Below are positions 9,560 through 17,123 of a stretch of DNA of 32,000 nucleotides, piece by piece. The position numbers were made by a program, and so were the translations under genes. Each line of letters begins with the position of its first letter. The first letter of the stretch is position 1. Source of the stretch: Candidatus Nitrosopumilus koreensis AR1 (GTDB lineage: Archaea; Thermoproteota; Nitrososphaeria; Nitrososphaerales; Nitrosopumilaceae); the NCBI RefSeq assembly GCF_000299365.1, contig NC_018655.1, forward strand, positions 660,001 to 692,000, given 5' to 3'. The notes beneath the pieces are model-generated. The model was given only the letters and a program-made list of their open reading frames with translations. It did no database searches and was not told where the DNA came from.

Positions 9560-9970
9560 TTACAAAACGGCAGAGCCCTTTCCAAAATACGCCTTGACAT
9601 GCGGCCTGAACAAATAGTACAGGATTACAATGTCAATTATCAGGCCAATCACATTCATTGATGGCAGGTCCACAATCAAAGAAATTATGGTCAGAATCAG
9701 CGTTATGGTCCAGGCCCACGACTTTCCGCGGAGCAGCCCCCAGGCCATTACAAAAGAGGCAACACCAAGTACAATCATTGCGGCACTACCTGCACCCATT
9801 GCACCGCCGCCAAGATTCATTCCCATCGAACCCATCATTGTTCCAAAGAATGCTCCGACTGCTATTGCTATGGCACCGGAGACTATCTCAAGTATTGCAA
9901 TGATTGTCACCCCGACTGGTCTTGTTCTGGCAGACAACTCTTTTGGTGGGGGATGGATTGTAATAAGCAT
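9560..9970 (-). CDS. Integral membrane protein
   Basis: Several TM segments with GGGAMGAGSAAM; the opposite-strand ORFs in this span are poor. Confidence 0.7.
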   Translation of the reverse strand: MLITIHPPPKELSARTRPVGVTIIAILEIVSGAIAIAVGAFFGTMMGSMGMNLGGGAMGAGSAAMIVLGVASFVMAWGLLRGKSWAWTITLILTIISLIVDLPSMNVIGLIIDIVILYYLFRPHVKAYFGKGSAVL

Positions 9971-10095
9971 TCATAACATCATATGGGATGAATTATTTTT
10001 TCATATGGTATGTTCTTGACAGATTGGAATAATTAATTTTATCACTTTATCAGCAATTATACAACACAGTAACTGAATTTAGAATCATTAAATAC

Positions 10096-10554
10096 ATGTC
10101 CATATACAAACATGATAAAAACATGGCAGTAATTAAGAAGCAAAATTCAAAGGTAAGAAAAGATAAAAATTCTAAAAATATTAAAAAAACACTAAAAACA
10201 AAAACCAACCCCAACACAAAGAAACTTACAAAACATGTTATCTGGATGGAGAAAAAAGGCAGGGTTAAAAAAAATAATGACTTGGATCTTAAAGAAAAAT
10301 TTAGGAAGGAATTAGAAAAAAAGCAATTTGAACCAAGCATGAAGATGTTAATTCGCATAACAGAATCCATAAAACAAAAAGGTTCTAGAAACAAGACAAC
10401 GCTATCGCGCGACACCAAGACAAACTATACAAGACTTACAAAACATGTTGTCTGGATGGAGAAAAAAGGCCTTGTGGAATCAGAAATAAAAAATCATAGT
10501 ATTGCTATTGCTTTAACTAGTAAAGGCAGATTCTTTGTAGATACAATTTTGTAA
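10096..10554 (+). CDS. Putative winged-helix regulator with duplicated recognition-like segment
   Basis: KLTKHVIWMEKKGRVKKNN and RLTKHVVWMEKKGLVESEIKNHSIAIALTSKGRFFVD. Confidence 0.6.
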   Translation: MSIYKHDKNMAVIKKQNSKVRKDKNSKNIKKTLKTKTNPNTKKLTKHVIWMEKKGRVKKNNDLDLKEKFRKELEKKQFEPSMKMLIRITESIKQKGSRNKTTLSRDTKTNYTRLTKHVVWMEKKGLVESEIKNHSIAIALTSKGRFFVDTIL

Positions 10555-10636
10555 TGAATAATTAGTAAGTTAAACTTACATATGTGTAAGCTATACTTAA
10601 CTATTTTACAGATTATAACTAAATGATCAACAATTT

Positions 10637-11194
10637 ATGAAAAAACTAGTATGTGATACAGATGTACAACGAGAACCTCAAGTGATCATTTGGAACAACA
10701 CTCAAATCTTAAAATGGAGTGATTTTAAAAAAAAATCCGATCCTGACTCAGAGGCATCAGCTAATGCAGCAATAGGGTTTGAGTCAAAACCCATAATTGA
10801 ATATCTCAAAGTGGGAAAGCAACTCAAATATAAAATCAAAGATTTGCAATTAAATGCAATTTTCATTCCTAATTTATCTTGGGTAACAAAAAATATCAAT
10901 CTAAAAGAAGGGAATTTACTTTTAAAACATGAACAGGGTCATTTTGATCTAGCAGAAGAAGTCATTAGAAAAATTAAAAATAAATCAACAGGCATTTACA
11001 AAGTATTTACGATCAAAGAAAAAAATAAGAATAATATGAAAGAAGCAACATTGCAAGTAAATAAAATAAGAGATGACATCGAATCAGAACTACAAAATGA
11101 GTTTAATATCCAAGAATCAAAATATGATAATAAAACTAATCATGGATTGATCAAAATACATCAAAAAAATATAATAAAAGATTCAAAAAACTAA
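10637..11194 (+). CDS. DUF922-like putative Zn metalloprotease
   Basis: LLKHEQGHFDLAEEVIRKI (HExxH-related HEQGHFD motif). Confidence 0.7.
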   Translation: MKKLVCDTDVQREPQVIIWNNTQILKWSDFKKKSDPDSEASANAAIGFESKPIIEYLKVGKQLKYKIKDLQLNAIFIPNLSWVTKNINLKEGNLLLKHEQGHFDLAEEVIRKIKNKSTGIYKVFTIKEKNKNNMKEATLQVNKIRDDIESELQNEFNIQESKYDNKTNHGLIKIHQKNIIKDSKN

Positions 11195-11415
11195 GACTAA
11201 ATTAATCAAGATCAAAGAATATTTGCACATCAAAGATGGAACCGTACTAATCTGTTTTAAGAATAATTTATACTCAATACTAAAAAATGAACTAATTCCA
11301 CAGTTTTAGAATATTGTTAGTGGGCTAGAATCTATGTTTAAGTGGAGATTTAGAATAAAATCAAGCATGTGCATTGTTGGAAATTAGTTATTAATGGATT
11401 ATTCAAATTCGATTT

Positions 11416-11799
11416 ATGGCAAATGTTGAATTGATAAAACAGTTCTATCATGCTTTTAAAAACAAAGACAAGGAAACGTACCTTGGACTGTGTGATGAAA
11501 ATATCACATGGCAGCTATCTGAAGGAATGCCAAATGGCGGAGTATACGTAGGAAAAGATGCAGTTTTCAAAGAATACTTTCCAAAAATGCTATCAAACTT
11601 TAAAGAATTTCATGCCATTCCTGAACAGTTCACAGACATGAAAGACCATGTAATGGTAAATGGAATGTATTCTGGAATCTCAAATACGGGAAAATCATTT
11701 GAGGTTGCTTTTTCTCATGTTTATCACATTCAAGATGACAAAATAATTCAGTTTAGACAGTTTACTGACACTCAAAAAATCCAAGAATCATTAAAGTAA
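11416..11799 (+). CDS. SnoaL-like/NTF2-like ketosteroid isomerase-related protein
   Basis: FYHAFKNKDKETYLGLCDENITWQLSEGMPNGGVYVGKDAVFKEYF...VAFSHVYHIQDDKIIQFRQFTDT. Confidence 0.85.
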   Translation: MANVELIKQFYHAFKNKDKETYLGLCDENITWQLSEGMPNGGVYVGKDAVFKEYFPKMLSNFKEFHAIPEQFTDMKDHVMVNGMYSGISNTGKSFEVAFSHVYHIQDDKIIQFRQFTDTQKIQESLK

Positions 11800-12153
11800 T
11801 TTTTTTGTCTATGGGATTAGAGAATTTCTTCCACTTACCATTCTTGGTCTGGATTCTCTAGCTGACTCCATTTGCTTTCAATTCTTTTGAATATCTTTTT
11901 TTGTTTACTTAATAATTGGAACATGACTCCATTATGCAAAATTTGTATTTAACCGCCACGTAGGAATTATCCTGTTGCATTCTGAACATCTTGTTTTTCT
12001 TAGATTGTCTTGTGATCTCTTGTATTCTCTTAAACGAGTCTTAATTCCTCTTATTTTCTCTTAGAAAATGCTTGAATCTGCTGTATTGTGATAGTTTTTG
12101 CTTAAACTGTGCCTAATTTCAGTCACAAACAAACCTGATTTTAGTAAAATCAA

Positions 12154-12408
12154 GTGAAATTAAGATATTTTAAGAAATTAAGAGATTACACAAACTTAAG
12201 TATCTTTTATTATAGAAATCGATTAAAAATGGCTGCCAAAACAAAACCAAAAACTCCAAAAAAAGTTACCAAAGTCAAATCTATGCAAGATGCAAAAAAT
12301 AAAATTTATTCAAGAATTAAAAAAGGTGAAAATTTCAGTGAGATTGTCAAGACCAAATTTGACATTAATGGCAGTACAGTCAAAAATGGCCTGAATCTTA
12401 AATTCTAG
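12154..12408 (+). CDS. Small basic hypothetical protein; start may be ATG at 12229
   Basis: MAAKTKPKTPKKVTKVKSMQDAKNKIYSRIKKGENFSEIVKTKFDINGSTVKNG. Confidence 0.55.
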   Translation: MKLRYFKKLRDYTNLSIFYYRNRLKMAAKTKPKTPKKVTKVKSMQDAKNKIYSRIKKGENFSEIVKTKFDINGSTVKNGLNLKF

Positions 12409-12546
12409 AATTATTCTTCAACAAATATCCAAGATAATCCTCTAACTTCTTCCCAAGATTGATTTGAATTATTATCTTTCATGATGTTTGTTGTGCATAA
12501 ATTGTTTATAATACTCATGAATGATTTGTTCAGATCATTGATCCAT

Positions 12547-12645
12547 GTTGAATTCAAATTGCTCCCAATAATGGTTCGGGCCTCTAAGGATTCACATTTT
12601 GTAGAATTGAACTGAAATACTAGACTCTTTGATTGCCTGATGATT
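12547..12645 (+). repeat. Second dispersed repeat family copy R1
   Basis: GTTGAATTCAAA...CCCAATAATGGTTCGGGCCTCTAAGGATTCACATTTT ... ACTCTTTGATTGCCTGATGATT; matches R3 at 28187-28270. Confidence 0.6.
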
Positions 12646-12671
12646 AAATAGAATTATTTTGTATAACAACT

Positions 12672-13553
12672 GTGTCATCATCTAAAAAAGAAAGAATCAT
12701 CTCTGAAATTATAACAGCTAAAACCACGACTGAGGGTGATGGCTTTCAAGTCAATAGACCATTTCCAAATTATGCAGTAAGAGATTTTGATCCTTTTTTA
12801 CTTCTTGATGAAATGGGTCCTGTAAATTATGCTCCAGATGAAGCAAAGGGTGCATCCCCTCATCCTCATAGGGGATTTGAGACAGTAACATACATGATTG
12901 ATGGTGCATTTGAACACAAAGACTCGCAAGGAAATTCTGGAAAACTATTTCCAGGAGATGTGCAATGGATGACTGCAGGCTCTGGAGTAATTCATTCTGA
13001 ACTACCTGAAAAAGAATTTGCAAAAAAAGGTGGAAGGTTTCATGGATTGCAACTATGGGTAAATCTGCCGAAAAAAGAAAAGATGATTCCTCCAAGATAC
13101 CAGGAAATTTCTTCAAATGACATTCCTGTTGTAAAAACAGATGATGGCTCTGTTCAAGTTAAGATAATTGCAGGAGAATCAATGGGGAAAAAAGCAGTAA
13201 TTGATACAAAAATTCCAATAATTTATCTGCATTTCACGCTTCAACCAAATGCAACATTTATTCAAAATGTGCCTCAAAATTACAATGCATTTGCATATGT
13301 GATAAAAGGAGATGCGATGTTTGGAAATGAAAAAATTCTTGCAAAGCAAAATCAAGCCGTATTTTTTGATCAAATAGGAGAAAATATTGCTATTTCAAGT
13401 GATAGTGATCCAACCGAAGTGCTACTAATTGCAGGTGTGCCAATTAATGAGCCTGTAAAACGATATGGTCCGTTTGTAATGAACACTGATGATGAATTAC
13501 AACAAGCCGTAAAAGATTTCCAAAATGGTAAAATGGGAAAAATTGATTTTTAG
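12672..13553 (+). CDS. Pirin family protein
   Basis: FDPFLLLDEMGP...PHPHRGFETVTYMIDGAFEHKDSQGNSGKLFPGDVQWMTAGSGVIHSE. Confidence 0.95.
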   Translation: MSSSKKERIISEIITAKTTTEGDGFQVNRPFPNYAVRDFDPFLLLDEMGPVNYAPDEAKGASPHPHRGFETVTYMIDGAFEHKDSQGNSGKLFPGDVQWMTAGSGVIHSELPEKEFAKKGGRFHGLQLWVNLPKKEKMIPPRYQEISSNDIPVVKTDDGSVQVKIIAGESMGKKAVIDTKIPIIYLHFTLQPNATFIQNVPQNYNAFAYVIKGDAMFGNEKILAKQNQAVFFDQIGENIAISSDSDPTEVLLIAGVPINEPVKRYGPFVMNTDDELQQAVKDFQNGKMGKIDF

Positions 13554-13623
13554 AATAATTGAAAAAGTCTTGATACGCAATTAGTAAAAAACTCAGGTAA
13601 TAATGAAGAATTTTTTAAATGAT

Positions 13624-14016
13624 TTATGGATTAATTGTTTTGTGTATATCATTCAAAGATTGAATTATCTCATCAATTATTGGTTCTACCTTCATAGTAG
13701 TTTCTGCAGAAATCAATACAAGATAATTGTTAACAGGAATAGTGATTATCTTTATGTTTTTTCTTTTTGAAACTATGTAATCCAGAGGACCCAAAGTGCC
13801 ATCAAGATCATTTTTCATGAATAATTCTAGTGCGTGCTCCATACAGATCTTGTATTGGTCTAGCTTTGCCATTGGCACCACTCCTTTTTTGTAATCTCCT
13901 ACAACAAGATTACCCATGTTGTCTATGACTCCAACAAATCTAATTTCTGGAAAACTCAGAATATACTTACTTGCAGATTCCCACTGGGAATTATTTTCAA
14001 ATGTTGATTTTAACAC
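13624..14016 (-). CDS. Roadblock/LC7-like hypothetical protein
   Basis: FPEIRFVGVIDNMGNLVVGDYKKGV...IITIPVNNYLVLISAETT pattern. Confidence 0.6.
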   Translation of the reverse strand: MLKSTFENNSQWESASKYILSFPEIRFVGVIDNMGNLVVGDYKKGVVPMAKLDQYKICMEHALELFMKNDLDGTLGPLDYIVSKRKNIKIITIPVNNYLVLISAETTMKVEPIIDEIIQSLNDIHKTINP

Positions 14017-14098
14017 AACATTATATGATTAACATGCGTATTAAGACTTTAAAGGAATGATTTAGAAAAATCTAAAAATTGATTATGTGTGAATATCA

Positions 14099-14248
14099 TT
14101 AATATGCAGTATCATGATTCTCTGACAAGTCATATCCTCCACCCTGTTCCAAATCATTTGATTCTATCTGAGGATCATCGTCTTGCATTTCACCTAGTTC
14201 TAGGTTTTTCCATTCTTTTTCTAATTTCGTTGCTTGTTTCTTTAACAT
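14099..14248 (-). CDS. Acidic microprotein (49 aa) downstream of shared box P2
   Basis: MLKKQATKLEKEWKNLELGEMQDDDPQIESNDLEQGGGYDLSENHDTAY, read manually; not in the ORF track. Confidence 0.5.
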   Translation of the reverse strand: MLKKQATKLEKEWKNLELGEMQDDDPQIESNDLEQGGGYDLSENHDTAY

Positions 14249-14271
14249 AATCTTATGTAGTGAAATACACA

Positions 14272-14333
14272 ATTAAACAGAACTGATATTATTGTACATT
14301 AGATGTACAAAACCATCAGCATTTTCTAAATAC
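14272..14333 (-). promoter_or_regulatory. Shared upstream box copy P2 (inverted)
   Basis: Reverse complement reads GTATTTAGAAAATGCTGATGGTTTTGTACATCTAATGTACAATAATATCAGTTCTGTTTAATT. Confidence 0.7.
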
Positions 14334-14355
14334 ATACTTGTTATTGTAGTGATGA

Positions 14356-14574
14356 TTGAAACCATCAAAATATGAAAAAGATGTGACTGACACCATGACT
14401 GACACCATGACTGACACCATGACTGACACCATGACTGACACCATGACTGACACCATGACTGACACCGTGACTGACACCGTGACTGACACCGTGACTGACA
14501 CTGTGGCTGACAGTAATGCAATACTGCATCATCTCAATATTGATCCTGCCAGTTCAGATGATGATTGGGACTAG
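14356..14574 (+). CDS. Small Asp/Thr-repeat protein with acidic C-terminus (TTG or GTG start)
   Basis: ...DVTDT(MTDT)6(VTDT)3VADSNAILHHLNIDPASSDDDWD. Confidence 0.45.
   Translation: MKPSKYEKDVTDTMTDTMTDTMTDTMTDTMTDTMTDTVTDTVTDTVTDTVADSNAILHHLNIDPASSDDDWD
14383..14514 (+). repeat. 12-bp tandem repeat, 11 units (consensus RTGACTGACACC)
   Basis: Counted directly: 1 V unit, 6 M units, 3 V units, 1 diverged unit (GTGGCTGACAGT). Confidence 0.97.
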
Positions 14575-14806
14575 TCTCTAAACCATTTGGATTTGCATCT
14601 TTGATGGTCTCAAAATCAAAATTATTTGATGTTTTTTCTTAGGGACTCATTAACCACTCTGGAGAAACTTGCTGTCTTCTCGCTGATTACATGAATGCTT
14701 TATTTTTTATTTTAGGGCATATAATGTCAAAGTAAACAAATGACTGAGACTTAAGACCAATACAGGTTGTATACTGGTGAAAGCTTCATCAATCATTACT
14801 ATGGTA

Positions 14807-14873
14807 TGTGAGTATTTGTAGAATGCTGATGGTTTTGTATGTCTTGTTGACACAAACATACGTTTCTCTTAAT
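14807..14873 (+). promoter_or_regulatory. Shared upstream box copy P3
   Basis: GTGAGTATTTGTAGAATGCTGATGGTTTTGTATGTCTTGTTGACACAAACATACGTTTCTCTTAA, near-identical to P4. Confidence 0.75.
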
Positions 14874-14891
14874 AGCCTGTTTTATCCATTA

Positions 14892-15032
14892 TGAACATGT
14901 TAATGAAAAATATCGCAGACTTGGAAAAAACATTAGAAGATAATAATATGGAATTGAATTTAAAATTCCTAAAAACATGCAAGAAGAATACTACACATGC
15001 CATAAAAAAAGAGATAATCCCATATGAATAAT
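14892..15032 (+). CDS. Microprotein (46 aa) downstream of P3
   Basis: MNMLMKNIADLEKTLEDNNMELNLKFLKTCKKNTTHAIKKEIIPYE; read manually. Confidence 0.5.
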
Positions 15033-15143
15033 TACACATGTACCTGTAATTGTGGGTGTCAAAATTCAACTGGCGAATATCTTTGTCATAATTGTGTAAT
15101 GGGTTTGTGTATTGCAAGCATGAAAAAAGCGGTGATATCTTAA
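15024..15143 (+). CDS. Cys-rich microprotein overlapping the preceding ORF
   Basis: MNNYTCTCNCGCQNSTGEYLCHNCVMGLCIASMKKAVIS; ATG overlaps stop of upstream ORF. Confidence 0.5.
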   Translation: MNNYTCTCNCGCQNSTGEYLCHNCVMGLCIASMKKAVIS

Positions 15144-15247
15144 TTGTTACAATTAAAGCATAAATTAATCAATCATCCATCTTATGTTGTAACAATAATT
15201 ACAATAATAGGGATTTCTATATTGTTTGCTTATTTTGGATGGGAACG

Positions 15248-15337
15248 ATGAATTGTAAGTATTGTAAAAAAGAACTACAAAATAAAATAAAAGAATTTTG
15301 TACACTTGATTGTTTGATTGGATTCCGGAATGTGTAA
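15248..15337 (+). CDS. Cys-rich microprotein (29 aa), possibly frameshifted
   Basis: MNCKYCKKELQNKIKEFCTLDCLIGFRNV. Confidence 0.35.
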   Translation: MNCKYCKKELQNKIKEFCTLDCLIGFRNV

Positions 15338-15426
15338 AACATCATGATTATCAACAAACATGTTCAGACTGTAAGAGAACACATTGCCAAAAAGGATGTA
15401 ACTGTGATTGTCATTGGGAGCAATAA
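15310..15426 (+). CDS. Cys/His-rich microprotein or second half of a frameshifted gene
   Basis: TTG start: FDWIPECVKHHDYQQTCSDCKRTHCQKGCNCDCHWEQ. Confidence 0.35.
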   Translation: MFDWIPECVKHHDYQQTCSDCKRTHCQKGCNCDCHWEQ

Positions 15427-15435
15427 AAAACAATT

Positions 15436-15618
15436 TTGACACACGGTATTTTTACTCAAGAAACATGTACTCATGATGCCAAAGTCAGGATGGCAGGATT
15501 CAAGGACATGTATGAATGCACTAATTGCCATAAATTTATCCCTGGTGTTGAATCAAAAATGATCGATGATAGAGCTCCACAATATTTAGAGAACAATTGG
15601 GAAGATGACTGGAATTAG
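15436..15618 (+). CDS. Small Cys/His zinc-binding-like protein
   Basis: CTHDAKVRMAGFKDMYECTNCHKF; acidic C-terminus. Confidence 0.6.
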   Translation: MTHGIFTQETCTHDAKVRMAGFKDMYECTNCHKFIPGVESKMIDDRAPQYLENNWEDDWN

Positions 15619-15707
15619 AAAGTTGTTGTAAATACTCTCTGATTTTGAATAAGTTTGAACCTTCAAAGATTTGAACATTTTTTGGATAAAATTGTTGATT
15701 TGTATTG

Positions 15708-16121
15708 CTATGTTTTGTTTTTCCACGTCTCTTTCCAAGCATCAAAAAATCCTTTCATATAATCAGCATATGCATCTAACAAACTGATGGGTTTTTGGCA
15801 TAGTTTGTGATTTAATGTTGCCTCGAAATTTTTATAATCCGATACAGAGGGTAAAGGACCTTTGAGAAATGTCTCATACTCATCTTTTATTTCTGAAAAT
15901 GAAGAGGTGTTTTCAACATTAATATGTTCAAGCCACAAGGTTGCAAATTCTTTTCTAGTTTTTGTTGAACCATCTTTTGATTTTTCCATTACTTGTGAAT
16001 ATATTTTTTTAATTTCATTTGAAGACTTTTCTAAGGAATTTATAGACTCCTCAAATTTTTCTATGTTTTTATAATATTCATCTTGTAATTTTTTCCAAGA
16101 CATTATTTGAGATGCTTCCAT
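15708..16121 (-). CDS. Helical hypothetical protein
   Basis: Charged, coiled-coil-like composition; divergent from the P4 box. Confidence 0.6.
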   Translation of the reverse strand: MEASQIMSWKKLQDEYYKNIEKFEESINSLEKSSNEIKKIYSQVMEKSKDGSTKTRKEFATLWLEHINVENTSSFSEIKDEYETFLKGPLPSVSDYKNFEATLNHKLCQKPISLLDAYADYMKGFFDAWKETWKNKT

Positions 16122-16139
16122 ACTGTTGTTAGTACAACG

Positions 16140-16203
16140 TGAGTATTTGTAAAATGCTGATGGTTTTGTATGTCTTGTTTACATAAACATCAGTTTCACT
16201 TAA
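16140..16203 (+). promoter_or_regulatory. Shared upstream box copy P4
   Basis: GAGTATTTGTAAAATGCTGATGGTTTTGTATGTCTTGTTTACATAAACATCAGTTTCACTTAAC; contains palindrome TGTTTA-CA-TAAACA. Confidence 0.75.
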
Positions 16204-16227
16204 CTGCTGATTTCACTATGTGGTATT

Positions 16228-16515
16228 ATGGAAGAAAAAAAAATTAAGACATATGAAGAATCAGAATGGAATACTGTTGCAAAAAGAACTGTCATAGCAG
16301 CAGAAAACAAACCAATACCAGAAAAAAAAGTTCCAGACAAGAAAGGAAAGGAAGTTTCAGAAAAAGCTTTCAGTGACGCAGCAGAACGAACAGTTACCAT
16401 TAGTGGAAAAGGTCCAAGAACACTATCCAAAAAACCTATTAAAAAAGGAAAGGAAGTTTCAGAAAAAGCTTTCAGTGAAGCCGCAGAAAGAACAGTTAAT
16501 GGAAGAGAAGCTTAA
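16228..16515 (+). CDS. Lys/Glu-rich protein with internal repeats
   Basis: KKGKEVSEKAFSDAAERTV and KKGKEVSEKAFSEAAERTV. Confidence 0.6.
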   Translation: MEEKKIKTYEESEWNTVAKRTVIAAENKPIPEKKVPDKKGKEVSEKAFSDAAERTVTISGKGPRTLSKKPIKKGKEVSEKAFSEAAERTVNGREA

Positions 16516-16521
16516 CAATCT

Positions 16522-16734
16522 TTGATCACTTCTGACAAAATCACAATTCTCTCGATTACAAAGGATTTGTATCGATTAAACCATCTTGGTGACATGGTGC
16601 GTCTTGCAATGGATGGCAACCATGACGGTGCAGAATTTTCTGAAAAAATGAAAAAATTTGAACTACGATATGGTTCTGTACCTGATGAATTCTTGGAATT
16701 ATTTGGAGAAATAGACAATGACAGAAATATGTAA
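16522..16734 (+). CDS. Small hypothetical protein
   Basis: MITSDKITILSITKDLYRLNHLGDMVRLAMDGNHDGAEFSEKMKKFELRYGSVPDEFLELFGEIDNDRNM. Confidence 0.5.
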   Translation: MITSDKITILSITKDLYRLNHLGDMVRLAMDGNHDGAEFSEKMKKFELRYGSVPDEFLELFGEIDNDRNM

Positions 16735-17123
16735 TAAATGTGGAAATGAATACAAGGCAATTTGGCATTATTCGACAGACAGAAAGATGACAAATGGATA
16801 TGCAGAATTATTATGTTGTAAAAAATAAAAAACTTTACATTGAGGATAGATAATCATGCGGGGAAGCGTGTTTTGTTAAATTGGTTAAACGCTCCATACT
16901 TTTGTCTACATGTAAAACTTGATTTTCAGACTTGAGTTGTTTTGTATTTAACATGATGTGACATTTATCTTCAAGAATACTATCGAACGGCAAATAGATG
17001 ATATTGCTTTAAAACAATCTAAAATTGTTTTAAATCTCCAATTGGAATAATTTCACTAACTCTAATCATAAAAAACTCGATATTATTATCAGTTATGATA
17101 AATATGCTTGTATTCAAATAATA

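Noticed and set aside
9630-10019. Plus-strand ORF of 129 aa
   Set aside because: Opposite strand encodes a convincing multi-TM protein; the plus ORF composition is atypical.
10574-10589. Palindrome CTTACA-TATG-TGTAAG upstream of the DUF922-like gene
   Set aside because: Short, in AT-rich DNA, with no second copy; insufficient to call an operator.
12410-12625. Minus-strand open stretch ...CESLEARTIIGSNLNSTWINDLNKSFMSIINNLCTTNIMKDNNSNQSWEEVRGLSWIFVEE
   Set aside because: No convincing start codon and it overlaps repeat R1; kept only as a note.
14383-14514. Possible CRISPR-like array
   Set aside because: Units are contiguous 12-bp repeats with no spacers; protein-coding tandem repeat.
14273-14521. 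Antisense ORF SQCQSWCQSWCQ
   Set aside because: By-product of the 12-bp repeat having no stop in that frame; repeat-only composition.
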